From Bacillota bacterium (GTDB taxonomy: Bacteria > Bacillota > JAAYKD01): a stretch of 64,000 bases of DNA. Shown here in pieces: positions 54,901-58,297 of this stretch; positions within the stretch are counted from its first letter, which is position 1, and every line of letters starts with the position of its first letter. The position numbers and the translations under genes were made by a program. The notes below the pieces were generated by a model. That model ran no database searches. It was not told the origin of the DNA and saw nothing but the letters and a program-made list of their open reading frames with translations. Where the stretch lies: assembly GCA_963666425.2 (NCBI GenBank), contig OY762825.2:1824001-1888000 (forward strand), written 5' to 3'.

Positions 54901-56933
54901 CAGAAGTGAATGCCGCTGCCGCCAACACCGTTACGATCAGCGGCACGGCAATTCCGGGAGAAAGAATCTATATTTATACAACAGAACCGGGCAGTGAGCT
55001 GGTAGATGCAGCCGATCAGGTTTATGCTGTGCTCACGGCGGATGCCAATGGCAGCTATACCATGGATTTGGTCTTGGAAATGACGGAAGAATTCTTATCA
55101 GCAACCAGCGGCAGCCTGACCCTGTATGCCAAAGCGGCAGCAGTCAACGGCGTGCTGAGCGAGGCCAGTGCAGCGGTAAGCGTCAACATCGATTATTATG
55201 ATACCACCGCCCCGCAGATCACCCTATTATCCCCCTATGCCGGTGTGGAACTAAGCAACCCGGTCAGCCAAATTCGCTTTGAAGTTTTCGATGGTGAAAG
55301 CGCAGTCGTTGAGGAAAGCATTCAAGTGGATGTCAATGGCAGCGGTATGAACGCTGCCTGGAACCGCACGGAGAAACTCTACGAAGTGAATCTGGCGACA
55401 CCGCTGACCGGCGGCACCAATAATCTGCGCATCAGCGCGGAGAATGAAGTAGGTTTGCTCGCAACGGAGACGTATGATGTAATCCTTGGCGATGTCATTA
55501 CGGCTGTGTTCACAGTAATGGAAGCTTCCACGCCGATCGCAGGAGCTACCGTGAGCATTAACGGAGTAGATTTGACAACCGATCTCAACGGAACCGTTTC
55601 CACCGAGCTTGCGGCAGGAAATTATACGTATACAGTCAGCAAGACCGGTTATCTCAGCGTGAATGATTCGAAAAATATTCAGGCGGATGACCGCAGCATC
55701 ACAGTTCTCTTACAGAAATCTGCTAACATTACCTATACCATCAGCAGTGCTGCGAATGCCGTAGCCAATGCCAAAGTGGAAATCAAAACCAAAGCGGCAG
55801 TGTTGGTGACCTCGGGTTATACCAACGCCGCCGGTCAACTGACACTGCAGCTGCCGCTGGCAACCTATGACTGCACCATCAGCAAGGTGGGCTACCTCAG
55901 TCAAACCGCCGAAATTGCAGTGACCCAGGATGCCGCAAAGGCAGTCAGTTTGGCGAATGATACGACGGCCAACTTCCTGGTGACCATCAAGCTGCAAAAT
56001 CAGCTCAATACGGTGGTAGAAAAAACGGAAGACAGCAATCACCTGAAAGTCATGCTGGGAGCAGCAGAGTGGATCGTGACTGGTAATCAAACCGCACAAT
56101 TGCTCAGCAATGGCGACTACAGCCTGATCATCAGCGCGGATGGCTATCAAGCGGTCACCCTGCCGGTCACGGTAGCGGGTGCCGCGGTAACCGAGACAGT
56201 TGTTTTAATGTCTGCCGGTGCTGCGATTAATTACACAGCAGAAACGCTCAACTTAGCGGCAGGTTATCAAGCCAATACCGCAGCGGATTTCAGCGGAGTT
56301 GCGGTAGCCAGCGGGGCGAATTTTGCTCCCGGCTCGCTTCTCTATATCAAACAAGAAGCAACCGGCGCAATTGTTCCTCTCAAGTCGCAGGAACGGCCGA
56401 GTGCGCCGGCCAGTCTGGCTGTCAGTCAAACAGCTGACAATACGGCAACGGTTACCCCAATCGCCGGCGCAGAATATCGTATCGACGAGGACAGCTGGCA
56501 GGATACGAATGTCTTCTCTGCGGTCAGCAATTTCACAAGCCATTCCTTTGCCGCTCGAATCAAGGCAACCGGAACTTCCTACGCCTCCTTAGCAACAGCA
56601 GCCGACGCGCTGATTCTCTATCCGCAGACGATTTATACGCGGGCACTGGAGCTTGATCCAACCGCCCTGACCACGCAGGTGACGCTGGGCAACCACTCCG
56701 GAGCAGATGCCAATCTCATGTTGGTGATTGCGATTTACAATGCCAACGGCAGAATGTTGGAAATGAAGACGGAGAGCGGTATCAATTTGGTCAATGCGAC
56801 GGAAGTGGAAAAGGTGATTACGTTCAAAGCACTGCCGCAGGGCGGACGCTGCAAAGTCTTCCTGATCGATACGCTCAGCAGTTTACAGCCGCTGGCCGAC
56901 AGCAGCGAAGGCAGTATCAGTTTGGTTGGATAA
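27915..56933 (+). CDS. Giant (~9,672 aa) secreted multidomain surface protein (PPC-like, Fn3-associated, FN3, Ig-like, PKD, CARDB, carboxypeptidase-regulatory-like domains, helical insert)
   Basis: Uninterrupted 29-kb ORF; GTG 27915 after AAGGGGG; Sec signal MKNSRRFGFRKILALLLVLAQLTGLTPGMLVMA; FN3 motifs (LxW...YxIYR...YxD...YxYxV), DTxAP Ig junctions, two PKD (WDFGNS, WDFGDG), CARDB (PDL.V..I...E....NN). Confidence 0.95.
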   Translation: MKNSRRFGFRKILALLLVLAQLTGLTPGMLVMAQETETPTQAEAVQSETALPDDTPALTDADAASAPAQNEAAAELTTLPEAPVTLLEGPPGGPPSGPPGGGTLLTEGMATEASPVAITDLSKAFAFAVMMPFATQTELWFSLTLATDTVFSITGAASGMSFAYLHAIELYQNTSASKVDTTFASGVLTSNAVLTAGSYLIKLRASDAAGVPSGAAIPSIQWMLSFTTGSAANVLAEGSATNQNPVTIADISKSYLFKVGTYATQPSDLWFAFALPGNGSDIALTITGSDPANSGSYLHAIDVYNSSGQLLPASFADGSLQAEIATNATYKIRLRSSSLDGTASGGTIPAMDWQLAFQMAVITPPVLNDANPASADNPAVIANINKTYTFSVGTYTTQPTELWLSFTIPDGVSNKELTITSNYVTWIGFYLNSVELYDNSQTLVVSGGMPAHVSSGNYNLRLRPSDYSGTVNGQAIPTSNWTLQFQLLTTDPNVLAEGSATYESPVVIGNIEADYAYCVGDYSVQPMKVWFSFTIPQGIENQNYAIRNAAGDPFSGYSQYAISYLALYDGAKQLMAENTGETPLIFAALSSGTYYLAVGNQMRWGPEAGGFMEIQPASCKISLTPALASPTLATGSPVSGSYATAQTVFINVPSGTQVIYSSSSANPWEDANAVLYHADTGITVSETATLHLAAVIYDGETITSYSKPFGLVYLIDEYELTSVRSEVTLSPNGTNYWAIDTTATGAGNYAFSFDMVSTGYSQTIHWGIYNASGEQVKYIMAARYYEDTEIHEVIYLAAGFYYLQIDWPGYSTCHPSMTKSLDAIPMISVDAGNYTTAQTVLLTLPVDAPAGAAIYYKIDRSSWVDPYYEAKLYNGNPLMIRAEGTLYAYIKDDNGLVGPVNSKTYTFNYTEGAESKTYNSLIAAPVFNLANNSSQAPGTELTASAEGGLDVYYYINKSADSPNLNTVYLQGTEYNAAIILAAEMLNPNSWNEEIQIFAVALDSSTGLISEDAYVYLTLITPGPTFTPAADPTAVTVLAEPAFVSIAHETAGTLYYNQNRPNYDPFSWGYVYSNPIEVSTSMLIRAQLNMGIENSAITEARYLVTASKQLPLDAYVSAYGFKNYTNNYHITATAAGTYVLSVNASYPVTVYNDTKTEVIASRTEGTADLRFYLPVGTARVVVTYPADVAETEYYLYLTRIVAEPVLSPAPSGTWQPKLSLNLSSSDGDTIWYYVGEVFIWYTNDRYPDARWQSSPTAVTLPEFTGGYVRLSAYCKAADGKTSAVINQLYQIDETPPTLDAANNGRFKFNTDNNTYSYSNIGSAGATLYRTVYVNINGATDAASGVAKVEYYVSIDGGASYTALGAVNRTSMSEAIPNFAWDTTNTTGNKNTDVRLKAILTDFTSLKSAVSVAEVTDAYAYSFTIDNAPTPVPTDFTVSAGPGKITLNWTAAAYQYANVYRSTTLAGLSAAVEPFYHGYFYSAERSYLDYFYAAADTALVYYYAVTTIDSRGIESSKVVCSSPVSPLADTIAPDLYLSGAGSYVSLASDFYYNATDNIALAALEATLTAENTAVTTIVDLDFTDHRTTAYGYITNDRMAELGLSGGAYTVTLTATDSYGNQYSESSSFIYDITPPLLPATLTAVSLAGKVRLAWTASVSTDVQSINIYRSTAAEGSFDYYTSVAGDQIKFDNYDAGNVGVTFYYKIKLLDHAYNESVFSEMVSAAVGDFTPSMRIAAQPVIGRTTTIYFSGFQPYETIDFYLDQSATAFDTGYSSYETDTEQEAQLAVPYDMTGTHTVKAIGRTSEKIALLRFTVGSYAPSFTLSAGSVAVGGSLNYSIVGYADYKYVYFYLQPDDAGTEYGHYLTYQYYSQTEISNSFQIPADTLPGIYTIRAVQIDSGLTAYATVTITAPQVSLVINDSSPTLGQYVYFTASGFLPYETVRFYLADLPGYAQQSGYTGQASYSVQLPGSITGGSFVTLAVGQTSGLAAELTVPISSAIPGITLPAIVQPGSVFTVSGSDFTPYSNVKLLVDGVEKTTVYSYEGNVSINYSFADTAAEGRHAIELLDTSGSKAGGSVVLLRPSLTLTLSAEPTLGEDLTLIATGFRNNETVAFTMNGVAQGNAVADASGIAALTIHALDVTSSSYFFTAAAVSGSVTKGWRSNGPDNELSIAYTGAMQPDVLFHFTVAQLAEGEAIRVYLNHQLYALNPAVTAAADGTASFSVTLPAGYSSDSLNLTVMGETNSLWQTATVPVHQTTPVLTVTPSSPTAGSVLDFSVSGFAPGETAALWFNAKPVASAAADGSGAAVLSYTPDIAAIAGDYPVVVAGSRSNHYLKKTITLNSYVFTVNAPATADPGSRVTLAASGLVEGETLHLLFDQTCISGSGIIAAAGSAALDYTIPPYLAAGNHSIRFVLAKSAVLIEKSIYITDLTPQLAASQSGTETKASLNLSGFLPGEGVLVYFDQRDVTANTTTAEGSSSFVISETGALTLIYNFPASITSGDHSFAVIGKASQRAAYSTLAVEVTGQRLTVANSEGRAEGKPGDLLTLHADGFTASVDVSVLFGEINLTPANHTTDAIGAYSATIVLPLGTAEGLHAIQIVAASVSELAQTTLRVDTTAPAVPELRATPAKRQITLAWDKSADVDTTSYLIYRKLSTENADSYVLTDTLDAAVNTVTHSLTEGSHPLAVDVNYHYIIKARDRLGNLSVASAALTAALLPDTAAPVLEYMGNPYAGYRNGFYVLQGSAHFTPTISDDRQASTVLLEYSKTGTNYTALPAVSLTYQGQSYYSGLFTFRGDITLDTLAITNQPNFGDGLYTIRLSVTDAAGKTAVRTQQYYIDNTKPAAPTNLAAAAGPKMVKLTWNYGEISDVNYFLLQFGPDLEHLTTYYLSASTRSYDLVNLLPATEYIMQLAARDDVNNISDAVTVRATPIIDTEKPILPLDTISPAANSRISKNLNLQLKATDNVGLSRFLLSIAPFGSTEFTSIDPAEINSYIYSNIQYLYLENLSYQGNYTLRLIAVDSADLQSDPVEITYQFDTQAPQLTALTATAISGGIMISWAKAADADLYFYYLLRKAPGETDYSYYRYISPSYYAQTSGLIAYLDYAVTAGETYAYKISAYDDLNNSTNPAEATAVSAQPGAFNLTLSLTPTQDVKPGAVLSLTATGLSPYESAVFSIDGLEIFTAYANEKGNLLYDWSYIKNTTSGEHTLQMQSSSSNQLKSVNFTAVATKLAAPGNVNAAAGIMNISLSWDAVGAAYGYQLYRKADEGDYLLLVDKIYGRTYTDYAVAKDIVYSYQVAAFDRYNAIGEKSIEAIAKPDPDQIAPEIAVFVSNRDGNLLTLVATVSDDIRLAKVDFAYKPAGTDDSAYQMIESVSISGSKKTAAASCSFDTSALTQGNYTLRAIVWDGANNQSTPRTLSTTISTSLPHAPQNLTAVAGQMRIALRWEAPGVIEEPIARYNIYRKVGEADFVLLSTTTLTNYTDLAVGLATAYTYQVKAVNVFGYEGPEVRMTTPVTALADTSVPVISGFAPAANSRLGGQINMSVIASDNVAVKQIDFFVVTANGLLTLGRSETGSISFNSVNYQTEGDLVIKARVRDAAGNQAEQTVTYKVDNVAPTAPLATAASGELSIQLTWSLPLMPTDLSYYNVYVLANNTTPEQNTTPPVAKVTTLFYNYKVGTTASFYITAVDSLDNESIASNIVTATPGTDRTAPVILSLTPNNQAIVRADTNVRADATDNVAVNSYLFEVIPMLQDTDTGSLKIMPAAAWTELSLQPTTPTIKTGSFVWNTQDSIITAEGLQARYPDGYYTLRVTAKDMIGNASLKTEVVKVANHPPIAPDGLRVDAGEWRLMVSWKPMSGSDVAGYKVERQIEGESGFTEVAETTSNVYIETGVSPLSLYSYRVAMINDLGNLGPWAAISNQRALEETSTPSILSMSPLQDQRFNSALNLKILAQDEVAIEQIKLSYYRIGDQSSGEIPAEAVYTEIAVLSGASIVYGNVETSENDVFGTDCYTAAYRWTTEALAEGLYALKAVAYNKGNQTAFIVKKYYKDTQPPAAPGGVTLTDPGIGQTLNLTWTSGADVLRYEIYRSTNAEAVFTYAEPAGYLKLPATLSPTFSDTGLTDGMTYYYHIVTVDAAGNVSNPSSRVSGTPTAKSDLGIQAIYTDPAVLILGRNNSLKASMRNDGTARATGVVTFYYFDGTSDIAVGSVNVDYAANTGGETSLVWLAPLTLSASVTVKATVTTNPGSDDISAENNQFTRSSIATNQPPTAVITLPAEPYESGFLLSFNANASSDVGGRIVSYAWDFGNSKKAEGAAATSQYTLPGEYTIRLTVKDNNGAETTAVQTIIVGDKRPDLYVDSIRWTPSETKEGDVVTITAVIGNKGFGNAALGFLTGFYIDNQYMGYSKCDVNLNNISLARGETREVSFNYVAAAGVHVVKVVANDILDTLKETDKGNNNRSAVLSNQQISFADVGVESIVWVPDGTVFDTQQAFAYRTVIKNHGSASAANFGVSLYIDDEYRGRQMVPNLAVGAEMTLNYYVAPAVGIHKVEIKVDDLNPVLIEENTTNNNANLITEDFTVIYPEITVGNIIWKPTETTLTEGTSITFEAKLINNSTINITKNFLVHVAMDGRVFKTITVYGLKAGEVKDVLTKWSASSGEHSFKVIVDAKKAVIDPDTTVEKSITIPKLSILYPNLHISNVSYSPLSVETNKMVSFLVSINNQSVATAFKRFNIGLYVDGKAVAGSTIDGIRGYSTVPVVINWTPETAGLHTIQILADSFGELTMSAATEGIRRSWTTSLQVSEALVLKTNPNKEAQDEDFMAVLYTSGDGFIPLSASLRHASISSQNLGPDEDASVSYTLKKGSVLVSGFEGQMAFNSSNRQFEYQLPITTELTTGTYTLEFLGSCGTEILSSICNIMIVKETTVTLETNKDTYLLGETIRVSGRMTVGGQPVANERVVLDFQLQPRLTDPLRGYDAKGNEIMMIWQAEEIVFAVTDLNGNYEYKFTPFTGEAGDWTILAFAYQNALGGGAPPKEVKVWGMAASPASLTLVATKNSQFSKEIKFRHAAPNYAEGDPLTSVSAILVATALNNGVSATIDTSAMARSLAPGAETGVILNVSAGLNCDDTATYEIVFSSAQGATCKTRVTINLRPATPIPVTDVKSISIGVNPADSVSRIVTVTNKGKGYLDGLKITLPGSIPWVTAGSIGSTRLAPNESTTFTVEFSPGVGVALGQYQDKLVVSDATGKFYANVALSAEISSAKTGGISFRVTDDVGTKVGNADITIISKEPYTSMAGGVETQYYPNFTTRTDANGVAQFYEKPLGDYDLVVMAAGRKKFVSQCSVMPSTGAPFMDILLQNEPISIEWTVVPTTIVDEYEIKLELTFGAHIPVPAFGFNPPWVNIPKEVNEPIVVEANVVNTGLIAITDVVASVVRANKSETGISIIGGGYLGEIGAHSSAKIRLQVQPGVYQLLFSKNAAGNPLNYIKFEGTYVSFDSDTGLPIDPAPVITGVLPLYNPSETSVTLQVRLPEENAKVVEEEVKLPEGQMEELRYIAPAGGNRDDLLKPGADSAYEIVQLTLSQKATLERQAFDATLKITNGYPEYALQNLRVDVTVTDADGKDVTNKNFVIATGINGLTDLDGNDSLAAGKNMTATWQIIPGSDLGGTSVTGKLYYAKALISYYVNGRLVQTQTEGVEITIVPQPKLTLNYYVPHTVLSNTPFKLAVKVSNSGYGEAKNLIIDSGKLEISSNQSGLLTDFEILGSSFGSTTGSNFRLEFGNIGPAVYSETTDLITNQVTGSWTPTEVSGYWLVRWNLPVEAEENPYEGEFRDFKATLTHKDYKGVQLNPLIVGVTTSIIGKEDVLADLNADGALAVVNEGNTGFPDFLMNLVSGLRIPIFVPDSVETSVSYETGGNYLQLKSAKPTAALDYNSVRYQIIMLPAPEGCGNISAVKRSLSADGSNPSSLSFSNYWKDFGNIYIVDQIPVSYDASGSRVFLDSWYTIEFGSGVILGDLGYSRFVYTLAAPGEEGGIPIGVEGTGSYIKDAVYYDTGIYPDQGENDLTLRVLLDNRSKNVENGSIRFSVIDTTIPLGENQTIFNAEVAFVNLQPYITQYVSCSSWVPVKGGVYQIKAELLSGGEATGRFVTSEAVVNSLPYGNAGADIANAVVLQPVRFDASRSYDRDGYITSFVWDFGDGESGYGLTPTHTYLKSGSYKVKLYVMDNNLSTTWPPKLVGSALGGEPDPATVTEQNEFSVMQITVLENRPDLFVQTIEFSESTPAENSVFTVTATLQNGTSEGTAGGLTATPAPFLVGFYLDDVYRGYVRVEDAITVNNTKEVSFDLTMPAGGTAHKVSVIANDIGKYIEEADFDNNRLDQVINGTQTDFADLAVENLQVSAISGDTVQWHAGITVQAKVKNLGSAAAGAFKIVAYANDTLIYSALVDELAVSGEENISFPWLPETSGDYQLRLLADGPLSTVVEMVEDNNSQTQTIKNLNVTYADLTVQNVRTSLSGSIVPQGTNVVLFANILNQGSAANRTASKAYFYVNNRFIGAAEFGKTEALAAGASTTISYIWKNPDIAAEEILVIVDPENKVLESNEANNTGSYYFSSPLTVTAAQLHLVDLVTNTTAVQYGDSVTTLVKVKNSGDRAITTPFATALYVNNRKVGMVTTDAIGIGSQVELSFTWKADQLPTGSYLLRAYTDSEAKLNLTDRSQTYKSAVLSVGHSLVLTPVSSAAAYSLGEASHVSLGVASSAASWSPLGDAAVSVQLYSVSEGAEPVLTAVGEPINLVYDPAAGTYQGVVTSPAAAGSYRLRFNAVKDLLTATTETDIVYTNAFQISLSNATEQSYTIGQSITAAGTVTDANGAAIPDAAVTISVIGEETWQFSGRTDANGTYSIAVNLPTDCGGAYTMKASASIAGVKKQTASIVFFIDGLYLALNSKVTIVQGYDQMLAGFVTNLGVTAADNISLVVSGLPAGLTIEPLLTLNATNIAAESSQEIQLKLSAAETLAAGVYEITLTAGNASHVLTVSVVAAEAKYSINIIGEVESGGDGLRKEALTMSLRQGEMKTSVIQVTNSGTANLTGLTVDCDLPFVRFSATPVDGYLIKPVNKGYTIRDAEGRASIVVAVSPSNFTQTGLYEGSITLTSNAGVRKIPIVISVGSEQVASLTYEVRNDSNTPLQDATVELSGVVQQKDPVNFSGKTDVDGRITFSNIPAGAYQLTATADLHSTLSAAVDLPALNDRLPQIITLTKQPMVFGFEAAAEDSMRSSSTKSVGYDSVVYKAEQLAASTEPQLQPNLPADEQQFWYISGKILNRLSIRNPAAPITLTDLSASDSKLKDVTLEVVSTSKNLPLNAFLLKGESGYTPVRYIGDLAAGQVIDLIWSLDIDRLFVMAKVAAVGSTGEFQLTFDGTKVSQAMVDAYVKANDPLGEGSLQLVAGSYTAGGNSFNVKVTAGSDQTYRTPTDRIPLYFGNQVYLFDATIKASGTRSDNGATVETLIPVRVRYLAPDYEIWGSGKQNANQEDSGSQTTATDAYDENPGLKQEIQLEAAFPSVNGQTAKGNYSQNFLKEMGYGLPEVPEEATKNADLDFGFSSGAGFAEQVVGLKLNLTNTSSTSPMTDLSIRLLLTDNSYDAEGNLIKGGSPVYPAVNLIASATGENAPVVDGYGITLSELNLGETLKLNYQLKLDEVQDIYSAIAEFDPSIAKLLQNKSSGKIYARFLYEYTQDGKQQSVMSSVREFEVKAKPKVYISYDLEAYQSDPNRFTLTAYVTNLGEGAAEGVYVSAPIMPETEYKFVVTSGNSTKGTNLGDGKVQLGTIQPGETEKVYFNLIRIEVTAAQKGTKLSLGKLAELPAMPVKSEIAGNLIVAPMKMEAMNTLRAHENFLSMQTELDNLQVNLEKVVDKTVSELARSILDQYDYARILTGAVGITKVYEMTSGVANLIGWIKSIAELPAKLKGAFTSADDELKEVLNGKVLTPDEYKLFAATQQAYQGYGTKLLNLYTSGISWFNNWIGNTLDDYINTAKDVWNTYSDAKKGKAGVEAMADYEVKANQALDTLGKAAKFISDAVNTKSKSERTSLTTQGKAALEAAQSLIQAASEIKTKNMAVFESIASGSTNGWIGGEVDRYYLSAANAYVNEVEFAVQETLKIIAAQMQAIVAVNAFEDAAEGMKASAENMTKVTKEAQQVLDATNNMLNNVGYQPNQSVMDQVKNFRSSSTVVDFAKSWLTSKLTIVDMAALQNISKTTPTLVKNLGNLAIAVKTAPEEGFSNAEVADLIFECIFPNSTEVAKEKYAYFYDEFDAYAPAGGSKTAEYSIYTLTQAIKLSSTNVIDLDAYEKAINQLATSKTTNSQAVMNAAVSSATRKSNVFNMLEQTRADLALIGEMIQGYLDNDLTATAYYPSGQVLDYLKSLNTQLKSMYANPNGSPIPITRVGRYRNLWVYTADGMDLVPDQITLFEVYQLQQEVDASIAEGFDAIYQRHIVNMMKDIETRLTLASTAFAFMGSVSGASGSLSAIAATAAQMINTSSYVTALDSLDATILTKLSKQIGELAVNTTLMVNKETSIASNLLDVFNTLENWRKVDPELPLTVLSQQATDVALQEGYTEGQTTVAISIRNEHTGSVTIAPTVEIYDSYGLVNSVTLASQTLLPGQTGQFSGLVAVPHNALRDAGGYIAVFTFEASEAETMTISPTYGPYTAAFNAHRAAALAQMKSETADAVQTSQPLGGYLAGKIEAVMNGQVVEVAEVVDSQTVTISKSAGTILRIFCAAISGSGVSLSVSDSQGQPVSAFADLINPADFVLISDPAAGIYTVTVSNGAASEQGFALQVVEHPNYGTVAGIYTQYTNVQAAQNSSGEWQATIPINLYETGLLHDLTGITFTVSELSLQSDAAIKIVGSEMTIQNAKNEVQSQPFTIPAGTGKQLALVIKPNPDHADGIYTGSLSIHLTAEAFNTGYSTHSGWTANGDGSDTLIIPLALKLDTAVPNAPSFTAEVNAAAANTVTISGTAIPGERIYIYTTEPGSELVDAADQVYAVLTADANGSYTMDLVLEMTEEFLSATSGSLTLYAKAAAVNGVLSEASAAVSVNIDYYDTTAPQITLLSPYAGVELSNPVSQIRFEVFDGESAVVEESIQVDVNGSGMNAAWNRTEKLYEVNLATPLTGGTNNLRISAENEVGLLATETYDVILGDVITAVFTVMEASTPIAGATVSINGVDLTTDLNGTVSTELAAGNYTYTVSKTGYLSVNDSKNIQADDRSITVLLQKSANITYTISSAANAVANAKVEIKTKAAVLVTSGYTNAAGQLTLQLPLATYDCTISKVGYLSQTAEIAVTQDAAKAVSLANDTTANFLVTIKLQNQLNTVVEKTEDSNHLKVMLGAAEWIVTGNQTAQLLSNGDYSLIISADGYQAVTLPVTVAGAAVTETVVLMSAGAAINYTAETLNLAAGYQANTAADFSGVAVASGANFAPGSLLYIKQEATGAIVPLKSQERPSAPASLAVSQTADNTATVTPIAGAEYRIDEDSWQDTNVFSAVSNFTSHSFAARIKATGTSYASLATAADALILYPQTIYTRALELDPTALTTQVTLGNHSGADANLMLVIAIYNANGRMLEMKTESGINLVNATEVEKVITFKALPQGGRCKVFLIDTLSSLQPLADSSEGSISLVG
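28224..29790 (+). repeat. Four tandem ~125-130-aa N-terminal repeats of the giant protein
   Basis: Units start LLTEGMATEASPV, VLAEGSATNQNPV, VLNDANPASADNPA, VLAEGSATYESPV and share (L/V)W(F/L)(S/A)(F/L), an L/V-Y strand and a Y-x-I/L strand. Confidence 0.85.
33090..35760 (+). repeat. About ten tandem ~90-aa beta-sandwich repeats with a GFxPxExV-like signature
   Basis: SGFQPYETI, SGFLPYETV, SDFTPYSNV, TGFRNNETV, AQLAEGEAI, SGFAPGETA, SGLVEGETL, SGFLPGEGV, DGFTASVDV. Confidence 0.8.
40380..51550 (+). repeat. Ancient tandem duplication of a ~1,900-aa PKD-CARDB-core supermodule
   Basis: Colinear motif pairs offset by 5.7-6.1 kb, e.g. RPDLYVDSI/RPDLFVQTI, FADVGVESI/FADLAVENL, TYLLGETIRVSG/SYTIGQSITAAG. 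Confidence 0.8.
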
Positions 56934-56956
56934 ACAGCATAAGGCAAGGAACAACA

Positions 56957-56994
56957 ACAACAGGCAGGTTCTGCATGCAGAACCTGCCTGTTGT
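56957..56994. terminator. Perfect 38-bp palindrome, probable bidirectional terminator
   Basis: ACAACAGGCAGGTTCTGCA|TGCAGAACCTGCCTGTTGT between the convergent giant gene and ugtP-like gene. Confidence 0.8.
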
Positions 56995-57092
56995 ATTTTG
57001 AACGTGAAAATTGCTGGAATCAGGTCGACCTGTTCCTGGCGTGTCACCGGAAAACGATCTATGATGCAAGGTATGGCGGCAAGGGTTGACCG

Positions 57093-58241
57093 TTAATTGC
57101 AATCCTTGTCTGACGGCGTTTGTCTTTCTTCGTACCAATGCATGATAAATCCGCAGAGATCCTGGGTAGCGTTCCTTTTCCCTAAAAGCTGAATGGTGTC
57201 TCGCAGAATGCTTACCCTCAATTGATTGGAGAATAAATTGTAGACGGCTTCTTCCAAAGGGAAAGTGGGAGTAACATAGAGTGCCAGGCCATTGTTCAGC
57301 ATGAATTCAACGTTGCGGACTTCCTGACCTGGAATCGGATTGATCATAATCATCGGCAGCCCTTTGGCTAAGGCCTCTGAGGAGGTTAAGCCGCCTGGTT
57401 TCGTGATAATACAATCGGCGGCATCCATCATCAAGTCCACATTGTCGACAAAACCGTAAATACGGAAATCTTTTTTTATCCGAATTGTTTTTAGCAAATT
57501 GTACATGCGTTTATTGTTGCCGCAGACGACCAAAGCCTGATAATCGAGTGGCAGTAGATCCAGTTTCTCAATGGTTTCATCCAGATGCCCGAAACCCATG
57601 GATCCGCTCATGATCAATACCGTCTTTTTTTCTGGATCTAAATCCAATTGGCGGCGGGCTTCTTTTTGCTCGATACGTTGAGAAAATTTTGGATGGATCG
57701 GGATACCAAAGGGAAGCATCTTACTGATGGGAATACCTTTTCGTTTTACTTCGTAGGCTAAGAGTTCGCTGGCGACGATATAGTAATCCATGTTACTGCA
57801 TTCCTGCCAGAGTGGGTGAACCGTAAAATCCGTGATGATATTCAGGGTCAGGGTGTCAGGCAGCAATCCCCGCTTTTTCATCAAATCGAGCATACAAGAG
57901 GCAAAGACATGCGAGCTGATGATCACATCTGCATGAAAATTGAGGATATAGTCCTGGATTTCGTGAGTCAGCAGGCGGGTGACCAATTGAGTCGGCGAGT
58001 AAGGAGAAGCAGGTTTGGTTACCCGATCCATGATTTGATAGATTTTTCGATAAGCAGGTTTCGCATAGGAAGCACTGAACAAATAGCCGCGGGAAACAGT
58101 TTCGTTCAACAAAGGAGCAATTTGCTCATAGACATCGAGTAATTCACAAGTGGCACCTTGCTCCTGCAGATAATCAGCCAATGCTTTGGAGGTAGCATAA
58201 TGTCCCTGTCCGGTTGGTAGGTATAAAAATAAGACTTTCAT
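57093..58241 (-). CDS. ugtP: UgtP/MGDG-synthase-like diacylglycerol glycosyltransferase (GT28)
   Basis: TGQGH, ITDFTVHPLW, PFGIPI, GSMGFG, VCGNN, ITKPGGLTSSEA, PIPGQEVRN. Confidence 0.88.
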   Translation of the reverse strand: MKVLFLYLPTGQGHYATSKALADYLQEQGATCELLDVYEQIAPLLNETVSRGYLFSASYAKPAYRKIYQIMDRVTKPASPYSPTQLVTRLLTHEIQDYILNFHADVIISSHVFASCMLDLMKKRGLLPDTLTLNIITDFTVHPLWQECSNMDYYIVASELLAYEVKRKGIPISKMLPFGIPIHPKFSQRIEQKEARRQLDLDPEKKTVLIMSGSMGFGHLDETIEKLDLLPLDYQALVVCGNNKRMYNLLKTIRIKKDFRIYGFVDNVDLMMDAADCIITKPGGLTSSEALAKGLPMIMINPIPGQEVRNVEFMLNNGLALYVTPTFPLEEAVYNLFSNQLRVSILRDTIQLLGKRNATQDLCGFIMHWYEERQTPSDKDCN

Positions 58242-58297
58242 AGAATTATCCTTTCTCACAATTTGGAAATTGCAGCCGGTATAACATCAGAGGATTT

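Noticed and set aside
27915-56933. NRPS/PKS, RTX or RHS identity for the giant ORF
   Set aside because: No adenylation, condensation or KS motifs, no GGxGxD nonapeptides and no YD repeats or DPxG core end.
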